Positions 20,117-28,817 of a stretch of DNA of 64,000 nt are shown in pieces. The notes below the pieces were generated by a model. It did not search any database and was not told the origin of the DNA. It was given only the letters and a program-made list of their open reading frames with translations. A program made the position numbers and the translations under genes. The stretch comes from Candidatus Nomurabacteria bacterium (GTDB lineage: Bacteria; Patescibacteriota; WWE3; UBA101185; UBA10185): positions 295,601 through 359,600 of the forward strand of contig JACKGU010000001.1 in NCBI GenBank assembly GCA_020631855.1. Reading direction: 5' to 3'. The first letter of the stretch is position 1; every line of letters starts with the position of its first letter.

Positions 20117-20827
20117 CTAAGCTCGGCCAAAAATTAAAATATTATCGGCATTGCTTTTACCGGGAATGATTTCAGTCTCAACGTTTGTAAAAAAATCTTT
20201 TACATTATCCAAAAACATATGGGCCTCATCCTGGTGGTCATCGGTTTTATAGTATCTGTGAAACACAACTAAGCCCCCAGGGTGAGTCATGCTTTTTAAA
20301 AGTGAAAAAAAGTTTCCGGAATTCCCTAAATCTGGGTATACATCACCAATAAAAATATCAACAACAACAGCACTAAAAGATTGTTTACGCAGTCCGTACT
20401 TTTCAGGCGATACAACCACCGCACAAGCATCGGCAACTATAATCGAGTGGTTTGGAATCTCGTCCGCACGGAAATGTGTCCTTGCTATATCAACTACAAC
20501 CGGGTCAATTTCCACACTAACAATATGTACACCGGGATACGCTTTTGCAAGGAGATGCTGGAAAGTCGCGCCTCCCAGACCCATTACAAGAACACTCTGC
20601 AGTTCGGGCTCTTGCTCTTTAATGACCTGTACCATATTTCCCCACACCAATGCCTCAGCAGATTTGGAATCATGCGCTACAGAGTGAATCACACCATTAT
20701 TAATAAGTTTTTTTGTAGTTCCAACTTTTACGACCTTCAAAGATTTACTGAAATCCGATGATGTAGATAATATAACCTCAGGCTCCTTGATATTACTAAA
20801 TACGGAATACATATTTTGATAATACAA
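20117..20827 (-). CDS. Spermidine synthase-like class I SAM-dependent transferase
   Basis: VLVMGLGGATF...VEIDPVVVDIAR motif. The start is uncertain (TTG at 20827 or ATG at 20812). Confidence 0.65.
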   Translation of the reverse strand: MYYQNMYSVFSNIKEPEVILSTSSDFSKSLKVVKVGTTKKLINNGVIHSVAHDSKSAEALVWGNMVQVIKEQEPELQSVLVMGLGGATFQHLLAKAYPGVHIVSVEIDPVVVDIARTHFRADEIPNHSIIVADACAVVVSPEKYGLRKQSFSAVVVDIFIGDVYPDLGNSGNFFSLLKSMTHPGGLVVFHRYYKTDDHQDEAHMFLDNVKDFFTNVETEIIPGKSNADNILIFGRA

Positions 20828-20862
20828 TAAAATTTAATCTAAACATATACTGTACTCCATGC

Positions 20863-22164
20863 TCACTGAGGTCTGGGCTTATCTCTCAAAGAAATTGGTC
20901 TAATAACCTCCAAGCCATTCATGTAGGGCTTTAAAACTTCCGGTATTAAAACAGAGCCGTCTGCTTGCTGGTAATTTTCCAATATAGCGATAATTGTTCT
21001 TGACGTTGCAACTGCAGTTCCGTTTAACATGTGAACATACTCAGTGCCGCCTGTGTCTAATTTATACTTAATATTTAAATTTCTCGCTTGGTAATCTGTA
21101 CAATTTGAAGTGGATGTCACTTCCCCATAGTCTTTTCTACCAGGCATCCAAGCCTCTATATCATATTTTCTTGCTGCCATCGCACCTAAGTCTCCGGTGC
21201 ATTGCTTTAGAACCCTATAAGAAATGCCCAGGCCTTGGTAAATTGATTCTTCCATCTCCAGCAGATAATCATGCATCTGCATTGATTCTTCAGGCTTACA
21301 ATAAATAAACATTTCCACTTTTGTAAATTGGTGAACTCTATATAGCCCTTTTGAATACTTTCCATAAGCGCCGGCCTCTTTTCTAAAACAGTGAGAATAG
21401 CCAACATATTTTAAGGGTAAATTTTCCAGAAGTAGAACCTCGTCAGCATGCTTACCGGCAAGAGTTACTTCAGCAGTTGCAATTAAACCCAAATCCTCAC
21501 CTTCGATTGTATAAGTTTGGGCCTCATCTCCTCTAGGGGCATAGCCTGTTCCAAGATAATAACGGGACTTTGCTAAATCAGGCGTCAAGGTCGGAGTAAA
21601 ACCAGCTTTACTAAGCTTTTCAAACGCGTATTGCACAAGCGCAAGCTCCATTAAGACACCGGCACCATATAGAAAATAAAATTGAGAACCTGAAACTTTG
21701 GCACCGTCTTCAAAACTTATAATTCCGAGGGATTCTCCCAATTCAACGTGATCTTTTGGTTCAAAATCAAGCTTTGGAATGTCACCCACATGCTTTAATA
21801 TTTCATTTCCTGATTCATCTCTTCCTACAGGAACGTCTGCCGAAGGTATATTTGGAACAGCCATAACCATAGCGTCCAATTCGTTTTTTAAAACCAACAG
21901 TTTATCTTCCAACCCCTTTAGTTCCTCTTTCGTGTCACTAGCTTGTGTGATTAATTTTTCACGAGCATCGCCAGATACTTTTGAAATGTCTTGAGAGAGC
22001 TCGTTGCGAATTGCTCTAAGCTCTTCTACTTTCTTAAGTAAATTTCTATACTCAACGTCAACTTGTAGAAGCCTATCTATGTCCACAACGCCATTCATGT
22101 TTTTGTCTTCTATTGCTTTTTTTACAACCTCAGGGTTTTCTCTTATTATTTTTATGTCCAACAT
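20863..22164 (-). CDS. serS: Seryl-tRNA synthetase
   Basis: 433 aa, N-terminal coiled-coil arm, class II motifs (..FRKEAGAYG.., ..GTAVATSRT..). Confidence 0.97.
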   Translation of the reverse strand: MLDIKIIRENPEVVKKAIEDKNMNGVVDIDRLLQVDVEYRNLLKKVEELRAIRNELSQDISKVSGDAREKLITQASDTKEELKGLEDKLLVLKNELDAMVMAVPNIPSADVPVGRDESGNEILKHVGDIPKLDFEPKDHVELGESLGIISFEDGAKVSGSQFYFLYGAGVLMELALVQYAFEKLSKAGFTPTLTPDLAKSRYYLGTGYAPRGDEAQTYTIEGEDLGLIATAEVTLAGKHADEVLLLENLPLKYVGYSHCFRKEAGAYGKYSKGLYRVHQFTKVEMFIYCKPEESMQMHDYLLEMEESIYQGLGISYRVLKQCTGDLGAMAARKYDIEAWMPGRKDYGEVTSTSNCTDYQARNLNIKYKLDTGGTEYVHMLNGTAVATSRTIIAILENYQQADGSVLIPEVLKPYMNGLEVIRPISLRDKPRPQ

Positions 22165-22204
22165 AATTTATTCCTAAAATATAAATAACTACTAACCGGG
22201 GATT

Positions 22205-22405
22205 GAGAATAAAAAACCCCCTGGTTTTACCCAAGAGGCTCAATACTAATGTATTGAAGGTGCCAGCCTTCTTCATACTTATTAACAGCTATAACGGGCA
22301 TTCCCGACTTGGCATTTCCTCCAAGCAGCTCCGTGATTGGAAAATTCACATCAAAGCTTTTTTAGTTTTTTTATACAAACAAACTCAATTATTTGTTAGT
22401 CTGTG
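22205..22405 (-). promoter_or_regulatory. T-box riboswitch leader of serS
   Basis: Antiterminator AGGC-[UGGCACC bulge]-UCAAUAC-AUUA-GUAUUGA-GCCU is mutually exclusive with the terminator. F-box-like CCGUUA at 22292-22297. Confidence 0.7.
22208..22240 (-). terminator. T-box expression-platform terminator
   Basis: AGCCUCUUGG-GUAAAA-CCAGGGGGUU overlapping a U6 tract, about 40 nt upstream of the serS ATG. Confidence 0.7.
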
Positions 22406-22411
22406 TTCGTA

Positions 22412-22440
22412 AATATAACAATTAAGTGGTCGAGATTCAA
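22412..22440 (-). promoter_or_regulatory. Promoter TTGAAT-17-(TGT)TATATT driving the T-box leader
   Basis: Hexamers, 17-nt spacer and extended TGn read on the minus strand. Confidence 0.55.
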
Positions 22441-22578
22441 CCAGTAAATACTTTTTTTAGCAACGATTGATTGCTTTACAGGTCTGCAATCAACACTAAG
22501 AAATGATCCGGACGAAAAACCTGTTCAAACGGTAAGAGCTGGGGAAGAAGCGCAGAAACTTAAATGTTTAATCCCTAT

Positions 22579-24696
22579 CTATTTGGCTTGATTTTTGTAA
22601 ACATTGATCAAAAACTCTACATGTGCATCAAAACCCTCACCTAGTTGTTCAACACCATATAAAATCTCTTCACGATCAATTTTAGCCGCAAAAGCCCTAT
22701 CTTTAAATTTCTTCTTTACTGACGATACTTTCATGCCGTCGTAACCTTCGGGGCGCATCAATGCGTACGCATATAGAAATCCGGCCATCTCATCCACGGC
22801 AATAAGCGCAGAGGCCAGCCTGGTCTGAGGTTTTACATTGGTTCTCATGTGAGCATGAGCTGCAACTGCATGAATTAAACTCTCAGGATAGTTTCTCTCT
22901 TTAAACCATTCTAATGATTTTGCAGGATGCTCATCAGGGTATTCAAAATAATCAAGGTCATGTAATAAACCTGTGATATACCAGAGTTCGCGATCTTCAT
23001 TGAATTTTTCAGCATATGCTTCAAGACCGCGGGCGATCATAAGAGCATGCTGTATTTGATAGCTGTCCTTGACATGGTCCCGTAAAAGCGCCTCCGCCTC
23101 CTTTCTAGAAGGTAGAAATCCCTCGGAGCTAATGTATAAACTCTCGTTTAAATCAGTTTTACTTAGAGAGTCTTCTACTAGAGGATCGCTCTTGGATAAC
23201 CCGTAGATTTCAGCGTTTGCATCGTCGTAAACATGCTTCAATTGAGGAAATGGAACTCCTTCCCTTGCTGTAACATCCTCTAAAAACCAAAAAACTCTTT
23301 CTGAATGACCATAACCAAATGTCGGCGGCATGCCGTATTCAAGCATTTCAACATAATCAATATCGAGCCACTGCGCTTCCGAATCACCGGAATCTCTCAT
23401 TGACTGCTGTTCCGAAAATCGTTCAAACTGATCCAAGCCACTATTTATTTCCGACCAGCCATTTCCGAGTTCGGAGCCGGCAATAATTGGCTGGAAACGC
23501 TCTGTTATTCTGGTATCTTTTGGGTTCGCCTTTGCTAACGGCGACAAATACTTAGGGTGATTAATTAAAAAGGCAGGCCCCCCAATAGTTCTACGTATTT
23601 CTTTCCAAAGAGCGTCCACTAATCGTGGCCGATTCTCTGTCTCTGCCTTTATTCCGGCTTTTTCGCAAGCTAGCTTTAAATCTTCAATACTTGAATTGTG
23701 TACGTCTACTCCATATCTCTGCTTCATGATGTCAGAGAAATCAATCCTTTCCCACTCTTTTTTGGAGAAATCAACTTCAAAACCCCTAATACTGAACTTC
23801 TTCTTATCTCCGTAAAGAGATTCAATCACGTAATTAAAAAGGTCTTGAATAAAATCCATACCTGATTGCCAATCAGCGTAAGCCCAATAAACCTCCATCG
23901 CCATGTGTTCGGGAAGATGCTCGTCGGATAAACCCTCATTTCTGAATCTTGGGCCTATTTCATAAACTTTTTCATAGCCCCCTCCAATTAATCTTTTCAA
24001 AAAAAGTTCATGGGAAATTCTAAGATAAAGAGTCTCATCGATGGAGTCCATATGAGTCACAAAAGGATTCGCGTCTGCCCCTCCGGGCACTGCTTCTAAA
24101 ACAGGAATATTAATCTCATAGAAACCCCTTTTTTCAAAAAACTCGCGATGAGCAGCCCAAAACTTAGAACGTCTAATGTATCTATCACGAACATCATCAT
24201 TTATCCTTGTATCTAGATATCTTTTACGCATTCTGGTCTCTCTGTCTTTAAGCCCATCGTGCTTGTCGGGCAATGGTCTAAGGGATTTGGCCAATATTCT
24301 TATGCTGTGGGGCTCTATAGACTGCTCGCCGCTATTTGTTATTACTAAAGCTCCCTTGCACTCTATATAATCTCCAATATCTAATAAATCCAGCTCAGAG
24401 TAGGATATTTCACTATTTTTGTGTTCAACTTTTTCAAGATTTTGTTCCTTAATATATACCTGAATTGTGCCTGAAAAATCTTTTATATCAAAAAATGTCA
24501 GCTTTCCATGTCTTCTCAACGACATGATCCAACCGGCTAAAATTACTTCCTTTCCCCCAAGTTTGCCAAAGCTGCTTATAACTTCAGAGATTAGGTGGGT
24601 CCTAAAAGACGTTGCCGGATAAGGATCAACGCCTAGATCTTGAAGATTTTTAAGTTTTTGTAATCTTACATCCCTTAGCTCTTTTAAAGTGGCCAT
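22579..24696 (-). CDS. lysS: Lysyl-tRNA synthetase (class II) fused to a C-terminal HD-domain phosphohydrolase
   Basis: N-terminal OB and class II core, then a ~180-aa HD module (QHAL...LLHDLDY...AAHAH). The start is taken at MATLKEL (24696), behind AGGAAA. Confidence 0.9.
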   Translation of the reverse strand: MATLKELRDVRLQKLKNLQDLGVDPYPATSFRTHLISEVISSFGKLGGKEVILAGWIMSLRRHGKLTFFDIKDFSGTIQVYIKEQNLEKVEHKNSEISYSELDLLDIGDYIECKGALVITNSGEQSIEPHSIRILAKSLRPLPDKHDGLKDRETRMRKRYLDTRINDDVRDRYIRRSKFWAAHREFFEKRGFYEINIPVLEAVPGGADANPFVTHMDSIDETLYLRISHELFLKRLIGGGYEKVYEIGPRFRNEGLSDEHLPEHMAMEVYWAYADWQSGMDFIQDLFNYVIESLYGDKKKFSIRGFEVDFSKKEWERIDFSDIMKQRYGVDVHNSSIEDLKLACEKAGIKAETENRPRLVDALWKEIRRTIGGPAFLINHPKYLSPLAKANPKDTRITERFQPIIAGSELGNGWSEINSGLDQFERFSEQQSMRDSGDSEAQWLDIDYVEMLEYGMPPTFGYGHSERVFWFLEDVTAREGVPFPQLKHVYDDANAEIYGLSKSDPLVEDSLSKTDLNESLYISSEGFLPSRKEAEALLRDHVKDSYQIQHALMIARGLEAYAEKFNEDRELWYITGLLHDLDYFEYPDEHPAKSLEWFKERNYPESLIHAVAAHAHMRTNVKPQTRLASALIAVDEMAGFLYAYALMRPEGYDGMKVSSVKKKFKDRAFAAKIDREEILYGVEQLGEGFDAHVEFLINVYKNQAK

Positions 24697-24730
24697 TATT
24701 TTATTTCCTAAACTGAATACGTACTTCGCA

Positions 24731-24739
24731 ATTATAACA
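24731..24739 (-). promoter_or_regulatory. Extended -10 promoter (TGTTATAAT) of lysS, 34-nt leader with an SD
   Basis: Read on the minus strand. AGGAAA lies about 10 nt before the ATG. Confidence 0.45.
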
Positions 24740-24907
24740 GAAAAGGGGCAGGTACAAAGCACCCAAAAATAGTGCTAAAACATTTTTACGGCCTAAATTT
24801 TTTTATTTGCTTTTATATTGCTAACCCGAACAAAATTCTTTTAGTACATGGCCTAACCTGCTTATACTAGCCACAAACAACAAAGAACTGTAAAATATCT
24901 GCAGAGT

Positions 24908-25873
24908 ATGAAAAAAATAACTGAAGCTACGATCGCTCAAGGCACTAGGGTTTTTGTGAGTACAGATATAGATGTACCTATAGATAATGGGCATATTAGA
25001 AATACTTTTAGACTCGACCGTGGCTTAGAAACTCTTAAGTACATAGTAGATAAAGGAGCAATCCCAGTAATTGGGGGCCATATAAAAAATCCTCAAGGAA
25101 AATACGATCCCCAGCTTAGTACAGCACCTCTTAAAAAGTATTATAATGAAAAATTAGGGGAGGGTTCTTACGAACTATTAGAAAATCTGCGTTTTGACAT
25201 TAGAGAAGATCAGAATGAGGATACCTACGCACAGGAACTGGCAAATAAAACAGAGGTCTTTGTAAACGAGAATTTTGCAACCTCACATCGAACAAATGCT
25301 TCTTTAGTTGCTATTACTAAATACTTACCTTCATTCGCGGGACTTAATTTGAGCAGAGAAATCGAAGCTTTGGATAAAATACTTATCGACTACAAAAAGC
25401 CTTTTACTGCAGTTATTGGCGGAGCGAAAGTTGAAAGCAAGGCACCTGTTATTGATTCGCTTTGCAACATAGCTGACAATATCCTGCTTGGTGGGAAAAT
25501 AGGCTTAAACTATTCTACGGATAATGCTAGGGTGAGCTCTCCGGCCGACTACGCAGACGGTAATCAAGATATCGGCCCGAAAACAATCCTAAACTATACA
25601 GGATACATACTGTCAGCCCAAACACTTTTATGGGCCGGGCCTATGGGAGCTTATGAAAAAGACGAATTCTGTATTGGTACAAATCTAATCGCAGATGCGA
25701 TAGTGGAAGCAACAAAAGGCGGCGCTTATAGCATAATAGGAGGCGGAGATACGATTACAGCTTATAGCAAGAACCACGCATTGGGAGAAGTAAGTTTTGT
25801 TTCAACAGGAGGAGGGGCCATGCTGACATATCTGGCGCATAAGAATATGCCCGGCATTGAGGCTTTAGGATAA
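24908..25873 (+). CDS. pgk: Phosphoglycerate kinase (compact, 321 aa)
   Basis: NENFATSHR, IGGAKVESK, GGGDT, STGGGAML motifs. Confidence 0.92.
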   Translation: MKKITEATIAQGTRVFVSTDIDVPIDNGHIRNTFRLDRGLETLKYIVDKGAIPVIGGHIKNPQGKYDPQLSTAPLKKYYNEKLGEGSYELLENLRFDIREDQNEDTYAQELANKTEVFVNENFATSHRTNASLVAITKYLPSFAGLNLSREIEALDKILIDYKKPFTAVIGGAKVESKAPVIDSLCNIADNILLGGKIGLNYSTDNARVSSPADYADGNQDIGPKTILNYTGYILSAQTLLWAGPMGAYEKDEFCIGTNLIADAIVEATKGGAYSIIGGGDTITAYSKNHALGEVSFVSTGGGAMLTYLAHKNMPGIEALG

Positions 25874-25876
25874 ATT

Positions 25877-26179
25877 ATGGCAAAAAGTTTAAAAGTTCAG
25901 TTTCCGGAACGTTGCATAGGCTGCGAACTGTGCATCATGGAAATACAAAGACAGCTTAAAAAACACGGCCTCGAAGGTTCTCTGATTAGAGTTTTTAAAA
26001 GTGCCAAAGAAGGAAAAGAAATATGCGAGACTCTGGAATACTCAATAGATCTAGACCCGAGCATAAATTCATACGACATTGAACAAATTAGGAAAATTTG
26101 CCCAAAAAGTGTTTTTGTTGTGGCCGACATGACAGAAGAAGAGAACTACGAAGACGCTCTGCTGGAACAGAAAGATTAA
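25877..26179 (+). CDS. Small ferredoxin-like protein (single CxxCxxC...CP cluster motif)
   Basis: FPERCIGCELC plus a distal ICP. Starts 4 nt after the pgk stop and ends 2 nt before the next start. Confidence 0.6.
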   Translation: MAKSLKVQFPERCIGCELCIMEIQRQLKKHGLEGSLIRVFKSAKEGKEICETLEYSIDLDPSINSYDIEQIRKICPKSVFVVADMTEEENYEDALLEQKD

Positions 26180-26181
26180 AT

Positions 26182-27015
26182 ATGCATAAATCAGTCTTAT
26201 TTGTTAATTTAAAAAATAAAACATACGAGGTTAAAAAATTTGACGAACTCGCAAAATACATAGGAGGAGTTGCTGTTGGATTTAAACTTCTTCTTGATAA
26301 TATAGAGCACGATCCAATTATATTTTCTATCGGACCTTTGAACGGCGTGTTTCCTTTCGCATCAAAAACTTCTATCGTTCTGCATAACAATGGCGTAGTC
26401 GAAGACTTATATATCGGGGGTTCCCTAAGCTCCAGAATGGCCTTTTCCGGGGTTGACTCCATAGTATTTATAGAATCCGCAGAAGAGCCCACATACGTTG
26501 AAATAACGAATGAGGAAGTGTTCTTTAAACCAATAACAACTGATATAGATTCTTTAGGATTACCGGGGAAAAGATCAGTTTTAAAACCAATTAAAAATAA
26601 ATACTTTTTAGATGATTATTTTTTAACTCCGGAGTTATTTTTTGAAGAAAAGCTTGCAAAGAAAAATGTAGGAGGAATAGTGTTAACAGGAACAAAAACA
26701 CGTGAAATAAAAAATCCTGAAAAATATAAGGAACTTTTACACGAAATATTAGGTAAAAAGTCTTTAATGGAAATAGATGAGGGAGATAGCCCCTCTTGCA
26801 CATTTTGTCCAATGGGGTGCTCAAAGTCTCGTACCGGAGAAATTGGAGGAAACATATTGGTACACAGCATGGTGGGATGCAAGCTTAGCCAAAAAATATA
26901 CAGCGACGTGGGAACAATTTTTTCTTGCTTGAGTGTGTTGGGCTATTCCTACACACACGAAGATATTGAAGACCTGCCTCTTCTGGTAAAAGAGGTACTG
27001 GAAAAATTAAATTAA
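26182..27015 (+). CDS. Truncated aldehyde:ferredoxin oxidoreductase-like protein (AOR N-domain plus CxxCxxxC)
   Basis: MHKSVLFVNLKNKTYEVKKF..YIGGVAVGFKLL..IFSIGPLNG..SSRMAFSGVDSIVFIE resembles the AOR N-terminal domain. CTFCPMGC matches the AOR 4Fe-4S motif. Only 277 aa. Confidence 0.6.
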   Translation: MHKSVLFVNLKNKTYEVKKFDELAKYIGGVAVGFKLLLDNIEHDPIIFSIGPLNGVFPFASKTSIVLHNNGVVEDLYIGGSLSSRMAFSGVDSIVFIESAEEPTYVEITNEEVFFKPITTDIDSLGLPGKRSVLKPIKNKYFLDDYFLTPELFFEEKLAKKNVGGIVLTGTKTREIKNPEKYKELLHEILGKKSLMEIDEGDSPSCTFCPMGCSKSRTGEIGGNILVHSMVGCKLSQKIYSDVGTIFSCLSVLGYSYTHEDIEDLPLLVKEVLEKLN

Positions 27016-27671
27016 TGAAATATTTAGTAGCAAACTGGAAATCTAATATGACAGTCTCCGAGGTTATTGTCTGGCTAAAAGCTTGGGATAAACTAATAAA
27101 AAGCGCAGAGAGTAATGATGCGGTAAGAGTTTTAGTAGCCCCTTGTTTTATACATCTTCCATTATTTACCGGTCTGGAAAATATTTATTCTTGCGGGCAG
27201 GATGTCTCGGAGAACAGCGTAGGGCCTTATACCGGATACGTGAATGCTACACAGCTAAGGGAATTCGCTGATTACAGCATAGTCGGGCACAGCGAAAGAA
27301 ATGAAGACTCTGAAACAGTTGTCAAAAAGATTAATCAGTGTAGAAATAACGGAATTGAGGCCATTGCTTGTTTCACTCACACTGAAAATGCAACAGAGTA
27401 TTCAAAATTCACAAAGATCTTAGCTTGGGAGGACCCTGAAAATATATCAAAACAAGGAAAGTATGCAGAATTAAGGTATGGTGAAATAAATCACTCTATT
27501 GAAAAAATTTACTCTAATATTGAACCCGATACTGTGTTATTATACGGAGGCTCTGTTAACTCGAATAATATTAGCGAATTAACTAGAATTAAGAGTATAT
27601 CGGGGTTTTTAGTAGGAAACGCAAGTCTGGACGTGGCTCACTTTTATAAGCTATACTGCTCCATGATCTAG
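27015..27671 (+). CDS. tpiA: Triosephosphate isomerase (compact, 218 aa)
   Basis: ANWKSN, GHSERN, GGSV motifs. The start overlaps the previous stop (TAATG). Confidence 0.9.
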   Translation: MKYLVANWKSNMTVSEVIVWLKAWDKLIKSAESNDAVRVLVAPCFIHLPLFTGLENIYSCGQDVSENSVGPYTGYVNATQLREFADYSIVGHSERNEDSETVVKKINQCRNNGIEAIACFTHTENATEYSKFTKILAWEDPENISKQGKYAELRYGEINHSIEKIYSNIEPDTVLLYGGSVNSNNISELTRIKSISGFLVGNASLDVAHFYKLYCSMI

Positions 27672-27750
27672 TACAATAAAGTGTAAGAAGTTAAAATTAA
27701 CTTTCTAAAGAAGTCTTTTTAATAGTAGAGAGCTAAGAGAAAAATTTAAA

Positions 27751-28815
27751 ATGAAATACATTGATGCGCATAAAAAAATAAATACAATTACTAAACCTGT
27801 AGCTAAAAAAAACTCAAAAGGAAGCTTCAAGGGTATTGCTACACTGGCACTTATACTTCTAATCTTCGTTGCCGTCGGGGGAACAGTTTTACTTTTTAAA
27901 AGCAAGCTGAACCCCGTTTCAATTGTTGCAAGCGCAACAAAGGCAAATATCAAAGAAACTGACGGGAGAACAAACATTCTAGTTCTCGGAAGCGACAAGA
28001 GAGATAACGGCAATGCTGTCACGTCAGTATTGACCGACACCATACTGCTAGTCTCAATAGGAAGGGTCGAGCACGACGTACTACTACTTTCCATGCCCAG
28101 AGATCTGTATGTTGAAAATTCAAAGGGATACAGTACAAAAATTAACGCTGTGTATACTTTAGAGGGGCCGGAGGAACTCCAGTCTGTAGTTGAAGACGTT
28201 CTTGGTGTTCCAATTCATTACTATGCCGTAGTTGACTTTAATTTGTTTGTAAATGCCATAAACGTACTTGGCGGCATTGATGTTAATGTTCAAAATGCGT
28301 TCACAGACTACCAGTATCCTATTGAGGGTAAGGAGAACGCGCCTATTGAGGAAAGATACGAAACAATATCTTTTGCGGCCGGAAAACAACACATGGACGG
28401 AGAGACAGCATTGAAATTCGCGAGATCAAGAAAAGGCGACAATAACGAAGGTACTGATTTCGCAAGAGCAGCAAGACAACAGTTGGTGATTGAGGCAATT
28501 AAGGAAAAGGCCCTATCCTTAAAAACAGTTACAAACGCTTCAAAGATTAAAGAGTTATACGACCTATACGCAGAAGGAATAGATACAAACCTGGGGTTTG
28601 CTGACGTCCAGGGCTTCTACCTATTGTCACAACAAATCAACTTTGACAGCATCAGATCTATTGTTCTCGACGACAGGAGCGAGGCAGATAAAGGTGGTCT
28701 ACTTTATGCTCCAATCGATACGGCCCTTTACGGCAATCAATATGTTCTCATTCCGCAGTCCGGAGACTATAGCCAAATACATGCATATGTTCAAAGATAT
28801 CTCTTTGGAGAATAA
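27751..28815 (+). CDS. LytR-CpsA-Psr (LCP) family cell-wall glycopolymer transferase
   Basis: N-terminal TM, NILVLGSD, TDTILLVSI, SMPRDLYV, VDFNLFVNAINVLGGIDV. Confidence 0.88.
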   Translation: MKYIDAHKKINTITKPVAKKNSKGSFKGIATLALILLIFVAVGGTVLLFKSKLNPVSIVASATKANIKETDGRTNILVLGSDKRDNGNAVTSVLTDTILLVSIGRVEHDVLLLSMPRDLYVENSKGYSTKINAVYTLEGPEELQSVVEDVLGVPIHYYAVVDFNLFVNAINVLGGIDVNVQNAFTDYQYPIEGKENAPIEERYETISFAAGKQHMDGETALKFARSRKGDNNEGTDFARAARQQLVIEAIKEKALSLKTVTNASKIKELYDLYAEGIDTNLGFADVQGFYLLSQQINFDSIRSIVLDDRSEADKGGLLYAPIDTALYGNQYVLIPQSGDYSQIHAYVQRYLFGE

Positions 28816-28817
28816 AA

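Noticed and set aside
22203-22412. A 69-aa plus-strand ORF in the serS upstream gap.
   Set aside because: It lies antisense to the T-box leader and terminator, has no start signals, and the region is better explained by the riboswitch.
24763-24907. The strand switch from minus-strand to plus-strand genes at about 24.8 kb, considered as a possible replication origin.
   Set aside because: The intergenic region is only 145 bp. I find no TTATCCACA-type DnaA boxes and no dnaA or dnaN nearby. Further strand switches occur at about 30.3, 32.9 and 36.5 kb.
26098-26181. The upstream extension of the AOR-like ORF (MPKKCFCCGRHDRRRELRRRSAGTERLN...) overlapping the ferredoxin-like gene.
   Set aside because: The extension overlaps the 3' end of the preceding gene in another frame. 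The ATG at 26182 lies 2 nt after that gene's stop, and homology begins at MHKSVLFVNL.
27705-28094. A 129-aa minus-strand ORF overlapping the start of the LCP gene, plus similar long antisense ORFs (38672..39025, 39512..40000, 40316..40714, 50105..50455).
   Set aside because: They lie opposite conserved genes (LCP, grpE/dnaK, UDG). They have Ser/Leu/Pro-rich shadow composition and no independent signals.
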